The notes under the pieces: generated by a model | Database searches by the model: none | Seen by the model: the letters and a program-made list of their open reading frames with translations, nothing else | What the model was told of the DNA's origin: nothing | Assembly: GCF_000372725.1 (NCBI RefSeq) | Contig: NW_005201613.1 | Span: 216,290-280,289 of the forward strand | Reading direction: 5' to 3' | Length of the DNA stretch: 64,000 bases | Origin: Emiliania huxleyi CCMP1516 | Lineage: Eukaryota | Part shown: positions 18,658-30,439 of the stretch, one piece after another | Layout: the number at the start of each line of letters is the position of its first letter | How positions within the stretch are numbered: position 1 is the first letter of the stretch | Translations under genes and position numbers: made by a program

Positions 18658-21600
18658 TCACCACAGCTCCCAGTGAGCGGGCAGCGAGCCGTCGGACACG
18701 TTCTCGAACTTCGGAGCAAACGCCTTCTCCGTGGAGACCCAAACCGGGTCGGCGACCCCCGCCGCAAATTCGCGGTCGCAAAAGCGGCGGAGAGTGAGGC
18801 CGCTCTTACTCTCGCCGACGCGCTGGCGCTGCTTGTGGATGACGCAGTCGTCACGGGTCGGGTCGCACTCCTCTGCTGCGTCCCCCGGCTTCTTGCGGCA
18901 CGTCCACAGCTCGGTGCGATTGGCGAGCTCCTCGTCGTCGGGGTACTGGTCGCGGCAGCAGCACTCGCCGATGAAGGACTCCCAATCCGTGGCGTTGACG
19001 TGTTCAGTGAGGAACTCGTATTCCCGGATGCGCGCCTTGGTGATATCCTCCGCTAGCTCTTCTCCGAGGCCGTCGGCTCGGTAGTCGTCGAACAGCTTTG
19101 CGCCGAGTCCCTCGGGGGTGCTCCGCACCACGAGACCGGTGGCGGAGGCGTGGACGGCGCCGACGATGACGAGGAAGACGGCGACGAACGCGCAGAAGGC
19201 GGAGAGCATGAAGGCGGAGGCGAAGAGCGAGAGCGTCGACCTGTTGAGCGACTGGTCCACCTTCTTGCGCGTCGAGGTCAGCTCGACGAGCTGCGAGGGC
19301 GGCAACGCCCCCTCCAGCTCCTCCGCGATGGCGAGGTGCTTGGATCGGTGGCGGTAGGCGAGCACGAGCCCGACGGGGAGGCAGACGAGAGGCAGCAGAT
19401 AGTTGAAGGAGACGAGGATCCAGACAATCGCCTCCTCGCCCAATCCGCCGAGGGCGTCGTAGCGGGCGAGCAGGATCAAGATGGTCGAGACGAGGCACCC
19501 GAGCGAAGCGGCCACATTGATCGCGTTCGACGCCGGGTCAAAGTAGGGGCGCTGCCACACGGCGACGACCATCCAAGCGGCGTAGATGACAAGCATCAGG
19601 ATCGCCGCAACCAGGCAATAGGGCGGCTTGGAGAGGAACGTGGCGACGATGACGAGCGCCAGCTTCTGCACGATGTTGATGGCGCGGTAGTAGCGCCACT
19701 TGTGAGAGAAGACGGAGTAGATCTTGCGCGCACGGTTGCGCGAGCGGAGGATGCGGTACTCCCACGCCACGCTCGCCTCCGCCGCCTTGACGCGCTCCAC
19801 GTGGAGAAAGTCAGCGATCCGCTCGGTCGGGATCCAGCCTGACAGCCCGCGCGACAGCCCGCGCGACAGCCCGCGCGACAGCCCGCGCGACAGCCCGCGG
19901 GAGGGGCCCCGGACGGTGCCGCCCTCACCGGCGACCGCGCCGTCCTCGACGTCGGTCGCGGTGCCGCCCTCGCGAGAGAAGGTGCGGGAGAGACCTCGGT
20001 TGAGCGCCGCCGCCGAGCCTCCGATCATGCCTCGCGTGAGCGTGAGCGGGCCCGTCTGCGTTCGCGGGTTGGAGCACGAAAGCATTCCGCACACGCTCCA
20101 CTTCTTAGCCGCCTCGCGCTCGGCCACCTCCGCCAGTGCGGCGGGGTCGATGGGGACGCGCTCGAGCTCGCGCTCGTGGTGCGAGACGACGCGCGCGAAC
20201 AACACGATCAACATGCCCGTGAAGCCGATGAACATCAGGATCGACGCGGGAAAGTAGAAAGGGGCGACGGAGTCGTAAAAGTCGAGCGCGCGCTCGGCGT
20301 TGAGCACGGTGCGTTCCTCACCCGGGCACGCGACGAAGCCGACGGAGTCGAAGGCAGGACACGTTGTCGAAGGCGTGTACCTGATGCTGTACCCGTCCGC
20401 CGTTGTGTTGATGCTGTACCCGTCCGCCGGGCCGTAGTTGATGAATTGACACTGCTGGCAGGCCGTCGCATTTGTCTCATCGCTGATCCCCAGCTCAAAA
20501 GGTTCCAATTGGCCATCTGCTGTCCGGATGTAGAGCGACGGCGCCCCGAAGAGGGATGGCGCTGTCGGGTACCACTCCCCAGCGTCGCAGACCTCGTCAT
20601 CGGCCACAAAGGCGGTGAAGACGAATCGCGCGATGGGCACGTAGAGGAATGACGCGCAAAACAGCAGCCCCGACATGGCGAGCTGGTTGGTCAGTGTGGC
20701 GGCGTCCTCGAGCCGCTTGCGGCCCGTCTCAAAGAGGCAGAGGGCGAAGAAAACAAAGCAGATGGCCGAGAGCGAGAAGGCGATCACCTGCACCGCCACT
20801 GAGTAGAGCGGGTTGGCATCCTCCACGACCAGAGAACCGGGGCTGCTATTCGATCCGTCCTGCGCCGGCGGCGCCCTCCGCGTGGCGTCGATGTACCGCC
20901 CAACGCCGATCAAGAAGAACCCGGCGCCGAGGATCGCCGTGCGGATCAGGTCCATCGGCGGGCGCGGCGCGCCGTAGCGGCTCCTCGCGGCGACGGCGGC
21001 GAGCGAGCGGGCGATGGAGGCGGTGTCCTTGCGCTTGTACCGCTCGGCTGTCAGCCTCAGCTTGAACTTGGCCTTGACCAAGGTGACGCGCAGCTGAAAC
21101 CATCCGGCGGCCGCACGGACGAAGAGTGCGCCGCCAACCATCACCAGGCCGATCGTGTACGCCCAGGTGAAGACCTCGGGGGAGAGGTTGGGGTTTAGGA
21201 GAAGCAGGTCCTCGATCGGCACAGAGTAGGCGAGGAGGAAGCCGACGAGGGTGGTCCCCACGCCCGCGGTGATGGCGAAGAGCCAGAGCACATCGAAGGT
21301 GCTCTTGAAGAGCAGCAGCACGAGGAAGGATATGCAGAGCGGCGTGATGCACGCGAACACAAGGTAGAACCACGACCAGGGCAGGTCGGAGACCGTCTCG
21401 GCGAGATCCTCGAAGCCGAAAGACTCGGAAACCTCCGCAAGGCGAAGCGAGTTGAGCGTTTCCGTCCACCCGAGCACCGAGCCCCACGCGTCGCGGGCCG
21501 GCTTCGGAACCTCCGAGCTGAAGCACTTGAAGACGGCAACGTTGAGGCCGGTAAACTGCATCTGAGAGAAGAGGATCTCGAGAATAGAGCTCGAGAAAAG

Positions 21601-22712
21601 CATGCTCAGCGCGAAGGAGGAAGACGACATCCCCCCTCTGCCCCCGTCCCCTAGCCCCGCGCCCATCGCGCCGCTTCCGCTCGTGGCGGCGACAGCGCCA
21701 CCGTCGCTCCCCCCCGCGTCCTCGTCGCTGGAGCTCCCACACGAGTCCTCGGACCCCGTCTCGTCGTCGGAATCGCCTCCCTCCTTCTCCTCCGCCGCCG
21801 CCTCCTCCGCCTCCTGCTTCTCCACCCCCTCCGCTGCCTCGTCCGCCCCCCCATTCTCATCCGAAGCCTCCGCCTCGCCCTTCCCACCTTGCTCCTCCTC
21901 GCCCTGCTCCTCCTCGCCCTGCTCCTCCTCGCCCTGCTCCTCCTCGGCGCAAGCCAGGGCGCTGGCGGATCCTGTGACCCGCCCTAGCGTGGAGTGCTCC
22001 TCAGCCTCGGAGTCGGGCGAAGAGGCGAGCAGCCTCGCCGCCTCACTCGCCGCAGGGTGGTCGTCCTGCGCTGCCACGCTCTTGAGCAGCGCGTACAGCG
22101 CGCCGACAGAGCTGAGAGCCGGCTTGAGGACAGGGGGCGCAGGCGCCGGCGGCTCGCGTTCCTCCGGCTCCGCATCGAGCTCCGCAACACGCGCCTCTGC
22201 GGGCGGCGGGCACTCGTTGAGGAACGAGACGGAGCGCTTCTGCATCAGCCGCTGCACGCGCCTCCGCTCCTCCTCGCGATCAGCCGCCCGGTCTGAGGCT
22301 CCGCGGTTCAGACCCAACGCCCCGGTGCTGGCCCCGCTTGACTGGCGCTGGTTCTGGCGCCTCGTCTCGCGCTTCGCTTCCCGTGCCAGCCGCCTGCGCT
22401 TGATCCGCAGCTGCGCCGCCATCCACTCATCGTACGAGATGAGGCCGTCGCTGTCCACGTCGAGGTCATCGAAGGTCTTGCGCACCGCCTCAAAGGAGAC
22501 GGGCTTCCCTGCCCGCTTGCCCGTGGCCTCCATCGATGCCTGGAACTCGCTCAGGTCGACAAAGCCATCGCCGTTGCGGTCCAGCTCCTCGCTGCGGGGC
22601 AGGTCGTGACGAGCTCAGCGGGGGAGCATGTGACGAGTGCAAGCTTGAGCGGGCCAACTCACAATGCCCTCGAGTGGAGGTTCACCTCGTCCACCGTGAG
22701 CTCGTCCGCCAT
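18658..22712 (-). CDS. Large multi-pass membrane protein with an N-terminal EF-hand pair
   Basis: ELDRNGDGFVDLSEF (just upstream of the ORF-track start) and DLDVDSDGLISYDEW are EF-hands; acidic linker; many hydrophobic segments; Cys-rich loop and C-terminus. Probable short first exon from ATG 22712. Confidence 0.8.
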
Positions 22713-23573
22713 TGTGAGCAGCCGGCGTCTCTCGGCTGGCAAGGGATATCACGTCCGCAAAAGAATTTTACGACGCGCGCAAAAGAATTTTACAACGAAA
22801 CTCCCTCGCACAACACTGGGCACGGGACTGGCGCGCACTGGCACTAGCACAGGTACACAAAAGAATTTTACTACCTCACAACACTAGGCACGGTACTGGT
22901 GCGCACTGGCACTAAAACGCAAACATTACGCTAAAACAAACCCTAATGGCTGTCCAGAGCACTATTGACTGCGGCTTGACACCCCACGTGAAAGCGGCCG
23001 GACATAGGTGAACCCACCGAAGGCCGCAGGGCACAGCGCAGGGAAGCAGAAACTGTCGCATATGCGACGGTCGTAGAGGGCATTGAGCACTGTGCTCATC
23101 CGGCCCCCAGAGGCACGTGCCGTATTGTTGCTCACGGCATCTCCTCTCCGGTACAGCCAGTCTCCTAGCCCCTAATGCGAGGCGTAATGCCAAGCACATC
23201 ACAGCTTGCTGTGCCATAGCTCCGTTGCTGGGTTCCTTTCGTAAGGGACGACCAGCACCGTGTTCGCAAGTTATTTTCGTAGAGCTCGCCATGCACGGCC
23301 GGGGCACTGCGAGCTGTACCAACAAACGGCAGTCGCTGGCCAGACTGTCGCCAGAGAGAGCCGCACAGAGGCCGCCTGGCTTCTGTGCGACCGGCAAAGG
23401 GCACCGACTGCGGGCCAAGAGGCACCGCCTCGGCCCCACGAAGGTCAGCCCAAGCTCAGAACCTCCGCGCCGCACTGGCACCTGCGCGCCGGGCGGGGCA
23501 CGGCGCACGCGCCTGATGTATCTCTCCATATCATTGGACCACCGCCGTAGTAAATCCGATTGCGATTGGACAG

Positions 23574-23897
23574 GCCTAGTCTGGCCGATTTTTTTGCGGT
23601 ATCTTGATGTATCTCTCCATATCTGACCGTATCCCGCCATATCCCGCCATATCCCGCCATATCCCGCCATATCCCGCCATATCCCGCCCGCCTCACGCCG
23701 TCGCAAGGGCCGCCTAAGCGCCTAAGCACCCTAAGCACCCCCCGCTTAGGCCGCTTAGGCGCTTAGGCGAGCGACGGCCGGTCATATCCGCGTGTATCTC
23801 CCGGTATCCCGCCATATCCCACCATATCCCGCCATATCCCGCCATATCCCGCCATATCCCGCCGCGGATACCGCGAAAAAAATCGGCCAGCCTAGGC
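23574..23897. mobile_element. MITE-like element with ~29-bp imperfect TIRs and internal (ATCCCGCCAT)n
   Basis: GCCTAGTCTGGCCGATTTTTTTGCGGTATC at left vs GATACCGCGAAAAAAATCGGCCAGCCTAGGC at right; central inverted CCTAAGCG/CGCTTAGG repeats. Confidence 0.6.
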
Positions 23898-24197
23898 ATT
23901 TGGACGCCGTTGAGGATGAGGGAGATCACACTCCCTCGACTGTGATCTGAACTTTATTCCCCCCATTCCCACAGTCACCGGTGCTCAACACTTGGGTGTC
24001 AAGCTGCAATTGCTCAGTCGAATTGCTTAGGATAGGCGTGGTAGGTGCGTGTGTGTAAAGAATTTTACAACAACTCCCTCGCACGACACTGGGCACGGGG
24101 ACACCGGCGCGCACTGGCAGCACTGGCACTAACACAGGAAGAATTTGGGGGCAGATTTAATGACATTTGAGGTGAGGTTCACAAGAGACACACACAG

Positions 24198-24926
24198 CTA
24201 GCCAATCATGGTCGGCATCTCGACCCAGCGGTAGGCATTTGCCGCGTCGATCTCGCTCTCCCTCCTCTCCCGCCGCGCCTCCTGGAGCGCGTTCCGAATC
24301 TCCCTCCTCGCGCGCCGCGAGGTTGGCCGAACCCGCCTCATCACGCTGCTGGAGAACTTGTTCCGATCGCGGCGCTGCGCTCCAAAGCTATCGGTGCCGA
24401 TCCGCACGCGCCGCACATAGCTCAGCTTGGGGAAATTCTGCTCGAGGTACATGGCGCCCTCGGCAAGAATGCGCGCCTGCTGCGGCGCCTCGCCATACCC
24501 TGCAAAGATTCGATCGACAACGGTCATGCCGTCACCGACGACGACGCCAAAGGGGGCGAAGCCCATGCCGTCGAGCTTGACGTTGCGATTTAGATTAACG
24601 AAGAGCTGGGTGTTCCTGCTGCGCAGGCCCGACGAGGCGAAGGAGACAAGCCCGCGATCATTGCTCTTGAGCACAGGGTCGTCCGGGATGGTGCGGTTCG
24701 TCCACCGGGCGGAGATGTCCGGCCTCGGGTGGATCCCAAATTGCACAATAAAGTTTTTGACCACGCGGAAGAAACTCGTACCTGTGTAGAAGTCAGCCTC
24801 GAGGAGCTCCTTGAAGCGGGCCGCACCGTTCGGCGCCCAGTCTGGATGCACCTCAACCTCGAAGGAGGCGGACTGGCCCCTCGGAAGAGAGCAGTAGAAG
24901 GTCACAACATATGTGTCGGAGGGCAT
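24198..24926 (-). CDS. Cyclophilin-type peptidyl-prolyl cis-trans isomerase
   Basis: VHPDWAPNGAARFKELL...FYTGTSFFRVVKNFIVQFGI...SNDRGLVSFA...RNTQLFVNL...LDGMGFAPFGVV. Confidence 0.92.
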   Translation of the reverse strand: MPSDTYVVTFYCSLPRGQSASFEVEVHPDWAPNGAARFKELLEADFYTGTSFFRVVKNFIVQFGIHPRPDISARWTNRTIPDDPVLKSNDRGLVSFASSGLRSRNTQLFVNLNRNVKLDGMGFAPFGVVVGDGMTVVDRIFAGYGEAPQQARILAEGAMYLEQNFPKLSYVRRVRIGTDSFGAQRRDRNKFSSSVMRRVRPTSRRARREIRNALQEARRERRESEIDAANAYRWVEMPTMIG

Positions 24927-25334
24927 GTGGTGGATCGTCGGTAGCTTAGGGACAGCGGGAGGGGAAGGCTGCGATTGCGTTTACATGCTGTGTTTAAAGT
25001 TGTGGCGGGTTGTTGGGCTTGAGCGCTTGACCCACCAAGAGCAAAGGCTGGGAAGGGTACGTTTTGGGTACGGGTCTTCGAGGGTCTGGGATATTTTAGC
25101 AGACTGTTGGCAGAGCGGTGTTTGCGTATTTTTTGCTACGAACGAGTGCGAGAGGTGTCCAGTGATCTTCTTCACTCAGATACATACGTACGTACGTACG
25201 ATCGATCGATCGTCGGTCGGCGTCGCCCGCCGCCGCCCGCCTTGCTGCGGGCAGTGTGCACCATCTCCGTCCGCCGGCCACGCGATCCCGGCATCCCGCA
25301 AAGCGCCGCGCCCGGCCCTCGCCCAGCCGCTCGA

Positions 25335-25726
25335 AAGGCGAGCTCGCAGATGTCGTGGTTGAAGCCGAGCAGCTTGAGCACGTCGGCGGTGAAGAGGTAC
25401 TGGATCAGCATGAAGGGCAGGTAGCTCGTCGTGAGGAAGAAGACGGAGAGCTGCAGCCACGTGCCGGCCATCTTCTTGTTGTCCGAGCCGAGCGCCTGCC
25501 CGACCAGCGCGTTGAGCACCTGGTTGAAGGCGAGCGGAGGCACGATCAGGATGTTGACCACCATGTCGGAGAGCGACGCCGCGGCGAGGTACTCCTCCCC
25601 GGAGTACGGGCGGTCAAAGAAGACGCCGGTCGTCGCGTTGGTGAGGTGGCCGACAAAGGCGGTGTCTGTGGAGGCCATGCCGATCCGGCACACGAAGCCC
25701 ACCATGGGCCAGCCGAGCATGAACAT
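25335..25726 (-). pseudogene. MATE-family transporter N-terminal fragment, apparently truncated
   Basis: LGWPMV...TDTAFVGHL...YLAAASL...LVGQALGSDNKKMAGTWLQLS...LKLLGF; no room for the remainder before the cyclophilin gene. Confidence 0.65.
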
Positions 25727-25891
25727 AGTACTGTGAGAGAGGCCTCCTAGAAATCGTCATAAACAAAGGACCAAAGGCACAGCATACAGCCGTCACCGCG
25801 ACACGAGTCACGACCCACAGCTGTCGCGCCCCGGCGTGGGCTTACTTTAGTCTAAGATAGCAGCGCGGCGGCCACGAACCGAGGACCAGCG

Positions 25892-26812
25892 CTACCGAAA
25901 GAGCCGTTCAATTTCGCTCGCTCGCGGTCGCTTTCGGCCCGCCACCTTGAAGGGAAGGTCCGCTATTCCGAGCTCGAGCCTCGCATCGTTGACTCGCTCC
26001 CGCAAGCCGTCCGGCACGTGCTTGGCCGACTTGAGCTTTGCTGCCGCGAGCTGGAAGAGCGTGGGGCGCTCAGGAACTGCTCCGCCGGCATAGGCAATCG
26101 TCCACCGGCGCGCCTCACGCATGTACTTGTCGCGCTCGTACAGGAACGCGTGGCCGGCGTCTGAGCGAATGACGTTGATGACATCAGCGCACGGAGTGCG
26201 CATCAAGGAAACGATGCACATGACGGTCGTGGCAACCGTGAGTGCGGGGCTCCAGCCGGAAGAGAGGAAGTTTCCCTCGAACCGGACACCAACGCGAAAG
26301 TTGGCCCCAACGCCATAGATGGATATAGCCCCGACGCCGTCGAAGCCGCGGCGGAGGGACTGCACGACATTCGGGTGGAAAATCCGTGTGACGAACGCCA
26401 CTGCCGGCGGCTTCCACGGATATTGGTTGGGGATCTTGATGTCCAGATGAAAGGTGCCGCCCTGGTACGGCGAGCCAGGCGGGCCAGCCAACGTTGCTTG
26501 CCAATGCATGATGTCCTCGCCAATCGGGCCGATCGAGAGAATGGGGCCGGCGCTCGAAACGTCGGGATTGGCCGGCAAATCCCGCAGCTCTTTCTCTACA
26601 CGGCGAGTAGTCCCATGCCACAGAGAGGCCGCCGGTCGCTCCGCCATCGTGATGTTGGCGTCGCGCCAGGCGCCGAGGTGCCGAGCAGCGAATAAAGAAT
26701 TCGGGTCCACTGCGGGACGCGGCCACGAAAGGTGTGCAGACCCCAGTTCCGGCGGACGCAGCGAGCGTCGGGACTCCGTCCCAGCAGACGAAGTCTTCCT
26801 CGTGGGCTCCAC
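25892..26812 (-). CDS. Ubiquitin-conjugating (E2/UBC)-fold protein with Ser at the apparent catalytic Cys position; C-terminal BC-box-like motif and NLS
   Basis: RRVEKEL...HWQATLAGPPGSPYQGGTFHLDIKIPNQYPWKPPAVAFVTRIFHPNV...GAISI...WSPALTV...AREWT-like ARRWTIAYA; tail PTLFQLAAAKL...VPDGLRERV; RKRPR. Confidence 0.85.
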   Translation of the reverse strand: MEPTRKTSSAGTESRRSLRPPELGSAHLSWPRPAVDPNSLFAARHLGAWRDANITMAERPAASLWHGTTRRVEKELRDLPANPDVSSAGPILSIGPIGEDIMHWQATLAGPPGSPYQGGTFHLDIKIPNQYPWKPPAVAFVTRIFHPNVVQSLRRGFDGVGAISIYGVGANFRVGVRFEGNFLSSGWSPALTVATTVMCIVSLMRTPCADVINVIRSDAGHAFLYERDKYMREARRWTIAYAGGAVPERPTLFQLAAAKLKSAKHVPDGLRERVNDARLELGIADLPFKVAGRKRPRASEIERLFR

Positions 26813-27539
26813 GGCCCGGATCGCGAGCTCGATCGATACGCGACGCGCTCGGCCTCCGCTGGCGGCTGCCGCAAGAGCGGCTGGCTCACGGCAGCGTCTC
26901 GCCGGTTGCCGGATAGGAGAGTACAGAACGTCTGGAGTGTAACTGTGTACGTGAGATCGGTTTTGATAACAAGCACGGTCGATCCGTCAAAGCGATACAC
27001 TCGTTCCTATCTCGCTGGAGGGCTGGCACGGAGCCGTTTGTGCCGACATGGTTGCAAGGCCATCAACCTGCCCTTCTGGTGAAGACCGACTCGGACTGGA
27101 CCCGGGCTCAGCACCCGGATCCAGCAAGCTAGTACTAGCCGCGACGGCGCGGAAGTAGCTAGTCGTGAGGTCTTGGCGTGCATGTGCGAGTTTCATCCTC
27201 AAAAGGTGTCTTGAATCTGATTTCAAACGTGTGCTTTACTTCCTTCCCCTCCCCCGCGCCGCCGAGGCCCGCCCCCGCGCCTTCCGCCTCCCCTCCCCGG
27301 CTCGTCCCTCGCTAGAGGACCCCGCCTTCCTCATCTTGGGTCCTGGCAGCAACCGCCGGCTCGACCCTGCTGCGGTACGAGCGGCAGTATCAAAGACCCG
27401 GGACAAACTGCCCTCTGTGATCACGGAGGAAGATGCAAAGGAGTGGGATGACTGGGCAGAGCATACACCAACGTCGCTGCGTGGACACTCTCCCGGCCGA
27501 CAAGCGTGCTAAGATGAGAATGCCAATGAAGCATACTGC

Positions 27540-28200
27540 TCAGGCCGTACCATCCCAGGCCGAAGAGCGTAAGCAGGTTGAGTTCACCTTCGCGTCCAGA
27601 TTGACGCAGGTTGTGCACTTCTGGAAGTTGAGAATCGCCCGGGCGCGTTTGATATGCGTCAAACCGTCACTGTTGCGGACCACCTTGCAAAACGTCTCGT
27701 AGGAGACGGCGTCGTCCCCGAGGTCTGCCTTGTATTCGTCCCACTCCTCTTTGCGAGTGCGACGAGGCACAATCAGCTTGCCTGTGTCGGGCATGTAATC
27801 CCCGCAGGTGGAAGCATACTTGTCGTACCAACCAACCACAGAAGCTGACCTCGCCCCGCGTGTGCAGTCCTCCGCTGCAGGAAGCAGCTCGCCAGGGTTG
27901 CGCTTGGGGTGGGCCGTGGTGTAGCCGTGTTCGAGACGATTTTGAAGCATGGTCAGTGTCGACCCCGCCTGTCTGCAGCGATCGTCTTGTACTGGAGCGT
28001 GGTAAGGCTGGCGTCACTCGACCGCGTGCCGAGGATTGAGAACTTTGCGACGTGAGCAGCTCGCAGGTTGGCACTGTCCTTGGTGAGGTAGCGAGTTGGG
28101 GAGGCAAGATGCAGGCCGTACAGACGAAGCTCGCTTCCACCGTGGAAGTGTGACCGAGACGCCCGCCACGAGGCCTCATTGCGGCCAGCTGATGCTCTGG
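27540..28200 (-). pseudogene. Degenerate DNA-transposase-like fragment (Sola/DUF7869-like, tentative)
   Basis: CGDYMPD...EYKAD...VSYETFCKV...HIKR...NFQKCTTC resembles the GDxMP...S.stF...F.kCxxC region that precedes such transposase cores; interrupted by stops and frameshifts. Confidence 0.35.
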
Positions 28201-28624
28201 CTGGGAGCGCTGTGGCTGACGACTGCCGCAAATTTGGCTGAGATCTGGGGCGCTGCTGCGCGTTCTCTGCGGAGCAGCAAGCCCTCGCACGCGCGCGCTG
28301 GCGCTGGACGGCACGCGTCGCCGCCGCCAGAGCCATGCCATGGGCTGCAAACTCTTTCTTCAGCTTGCGGAGCTGCCCGTCGCTGCTTCATCTAGCTGCT
28401 CCTTCAGATTGCCGCTCCGCGCTGGCGCATCGGGGGTGGAGAGGATGGAGAGAGAAGGGGCAGGAGGGAGGATCGAATTCGACTGCGCCGCCTGCGCCGC
28501 CTGCGCCGCCGCCTGCGCCGCCGCCTGCGCCGCCTCCGCCTCCGCCTCCGCGGCCGCAAGCCTCTTGCCCGCGGCGACCACCTATGAGCAAGTCTACCGC
28601 CTTCAGACACAACCCCAAGTGTGC

Positions 28625-29266
28625 TCACAACAACGAGCTCACCGATCTCAGCGGCTTGAGGCCGGCGAAGCTGCTGCCATTCGTACCGAAGAGGTCTGCG
28701 ATAATGGCGCATCCCTCCTTGTTCAGCTCCCACGCCTTTGGCGTCTTCTCTGAGCACGCGCCGACCACCTGAATGTCGCTCGGGTCTGGCATTGGGAGCA
28801 TGGCAACGTGAGCGCCTCCCGCCGTGACCACGAGGTTCCAGCCGACCCGCAGGCTCTCGCAACCCGCATCCTTGAAGAGGTCCAGGTCGTTCTCCTCGGC
28901 ATCCCAAACGTAGGCAAAGATGAAGCAAATTGCCCGCAGCTTCACCGGGGGCCCGCCGCGTACGGTGAATGCATCGCAGACAACAAAGTTGTTGGCCTCG
29001 TATGAGGCGGAGTGGTCGTCAGCGCGATCGGCAGGCCGGAGCGTAATGGCCCCAAACATCCGCGCGCGAGTGGAAAAGCGCGGGATGGGAAGGTTCGGCG
29101 ACGCCTCGCCTTTGGGCGTCCACTTGTTCATCTCATTTCGAACATACTCGCGAGTGTCATCAGGCGCCGCAGGATAGACAGGCGCCTTGCCGGCCGGGAG
29201 ATAAAGGTCCTCTTTCTTTATCTCGACATATGGAGCCTCCGGAGAGCCTGAGGGTGAGGAGGGCAT
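28625..29266 (-). CDS. Hypothetical protein (213 aa)
   Basis: Normal-complexity ORF with ATG start; no family recognised. Confidence 0.4.
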   Translation of the reverse strand: MPSSPSGSPEAPYVEIKKEDLYLPAGKAPVYPAAPDDTREYVRNEMNKWTPKGEASPNLPIPRFSTRARMFGAITLRPADRADDHSASYEANNFVVCDAFTVRGGPPVKLRAICFIFAYVWDAEENDLDLFKDAGCESLRVGWNLVVTAGGAHVAMLPMPDPSDIQVVGACSEKTPKAWELNKEGCAIIADLFGTNGSSFAGLKPLRSVSSLL

Positions 29267-29683
29267 GAGGCACGATCCACGAGAGGGTGGCAGGCGGGCA
29301 CGTTTCGCGATCTCGGTTTTCTTGGTATCTTACGTGGTGCGCGGCCGTGGTGGCCCGACTTTTGCTTCCTTCTAGAAAAGCGCAAACGACCATGCGGTTT
29401 TTATTAGCTAGTCTGGTGTTGAAATCGATGTGGCGAGTCGACCGCCAGTCCGCACGATGGCACTGCGACCGCGGCGGCTGCCGGCGAGGGCAGCAGCGGC
29501 GCGCGCGAGGCGGCAGCGTAATCGGGTCCGAAGTCCGGACCCGATTTGGGGTCTACACACCTTTTCCCCGAGTGGGACTGCACTCCAAGTGCTCCAAGTG
29601 CACAGCGCGCAATAGGGTGACATCGCTAAAAAGCCCTTGCGAGACACCGGATCCAACCGTAACACCCACGCCGTGGTAGAGAC

Positions 29684-30439
29684 TCACTCACCGTCCGCAT
29701 CCATCGTGTACACCATCAGCTGGGAAAGCAGCCCGCCGGCTTCCGACTCGCCGCCCTCTTTGCGGAACCCGAGCCGCTCGTAGAACGGCACCGCGTTGGC
29801 GCTGCTGTTGGCCGTCACACGCCTGACGCTCTCCTCCTCGAAGCGGAAGTGGAGCTCTCCCCACAGGCGTTTGCCAATGCCGGCCCCGGAACGTTCGACA
29901 TACATGTGGCGCACGTGGCTCAGTGGGGCGCCAGCCTCGGCGCCAAGCGGCCTCTTTCGCGCCGCGAAGCCGACAATCGCGCCGTCCATCACGCACACGA
30001 ACGCCTCAACCGCCCCGCCCTGCAGCTCGCCTAGGATGGCCGCTTCGCCAAGGATGTCCTCAAAGAGCGTGGAGCGCCCCACCGGAGTGAAGCCGGAGGT
30101 GTCAATCTGGGCGGAAGCGACACGCACGCACATCGCGCTGATGGTGGCGGCGTCCGAGATGGCGGCGGGCCGGATGCTGCAGCCCGGGCCACCCGGCGCG
30201 GCGGCGGCTGAGGTGGCTGCCCTTCCGTGGTCGCCCTCGCGCGGGGGAGGCTCCAGCCCGAGTGCGCGGCCGCGCTCGATGAGCTCCTGCGGGATCGAGC
30301 CTTGCAGCATGGACAGCGGCACACCGCGCTCGAACGCCTCGCCCACGGTGACAGAGCCGACACGCGAATCGTGCGCCGCGAGCGCTTCCGGGCTGAGCGC
30401 GCCGATGCTGATCACCGTGTCGGTCGCTGCCTCCGCCAT
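29684..30439 (-). CDS. GNAT-family acetyltransferase
   Basis: SIRPAAISDAATI...FVCVMDGAIVGFA...HMYVERSGAGIGKRL...NSSANAVPFYERLGF; ATG at 30439. Confidence 0.85.
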   Translation of the reverse strand: MAEAATDTVISIGALSPEALAAHDSRVGSVTVGEAFERGVPLSMLQGSIPQELIERGRALGLEPPPREGDHGRAATSAAAAPGGPGCSIRPAAISDAATISAMCVRVASAQIDTSGFTPVGRSTLFEDILGEAAILGELQGGAVEAFVCVMDGAIVGFAARKRPLGAEAGAPLSHVRHMYVERSGAGIGKRLWGELHFRFEEESVRRVTANSSANAVPFYERLGFRKEGGESEAGGLLSQLMVYTMDADGE

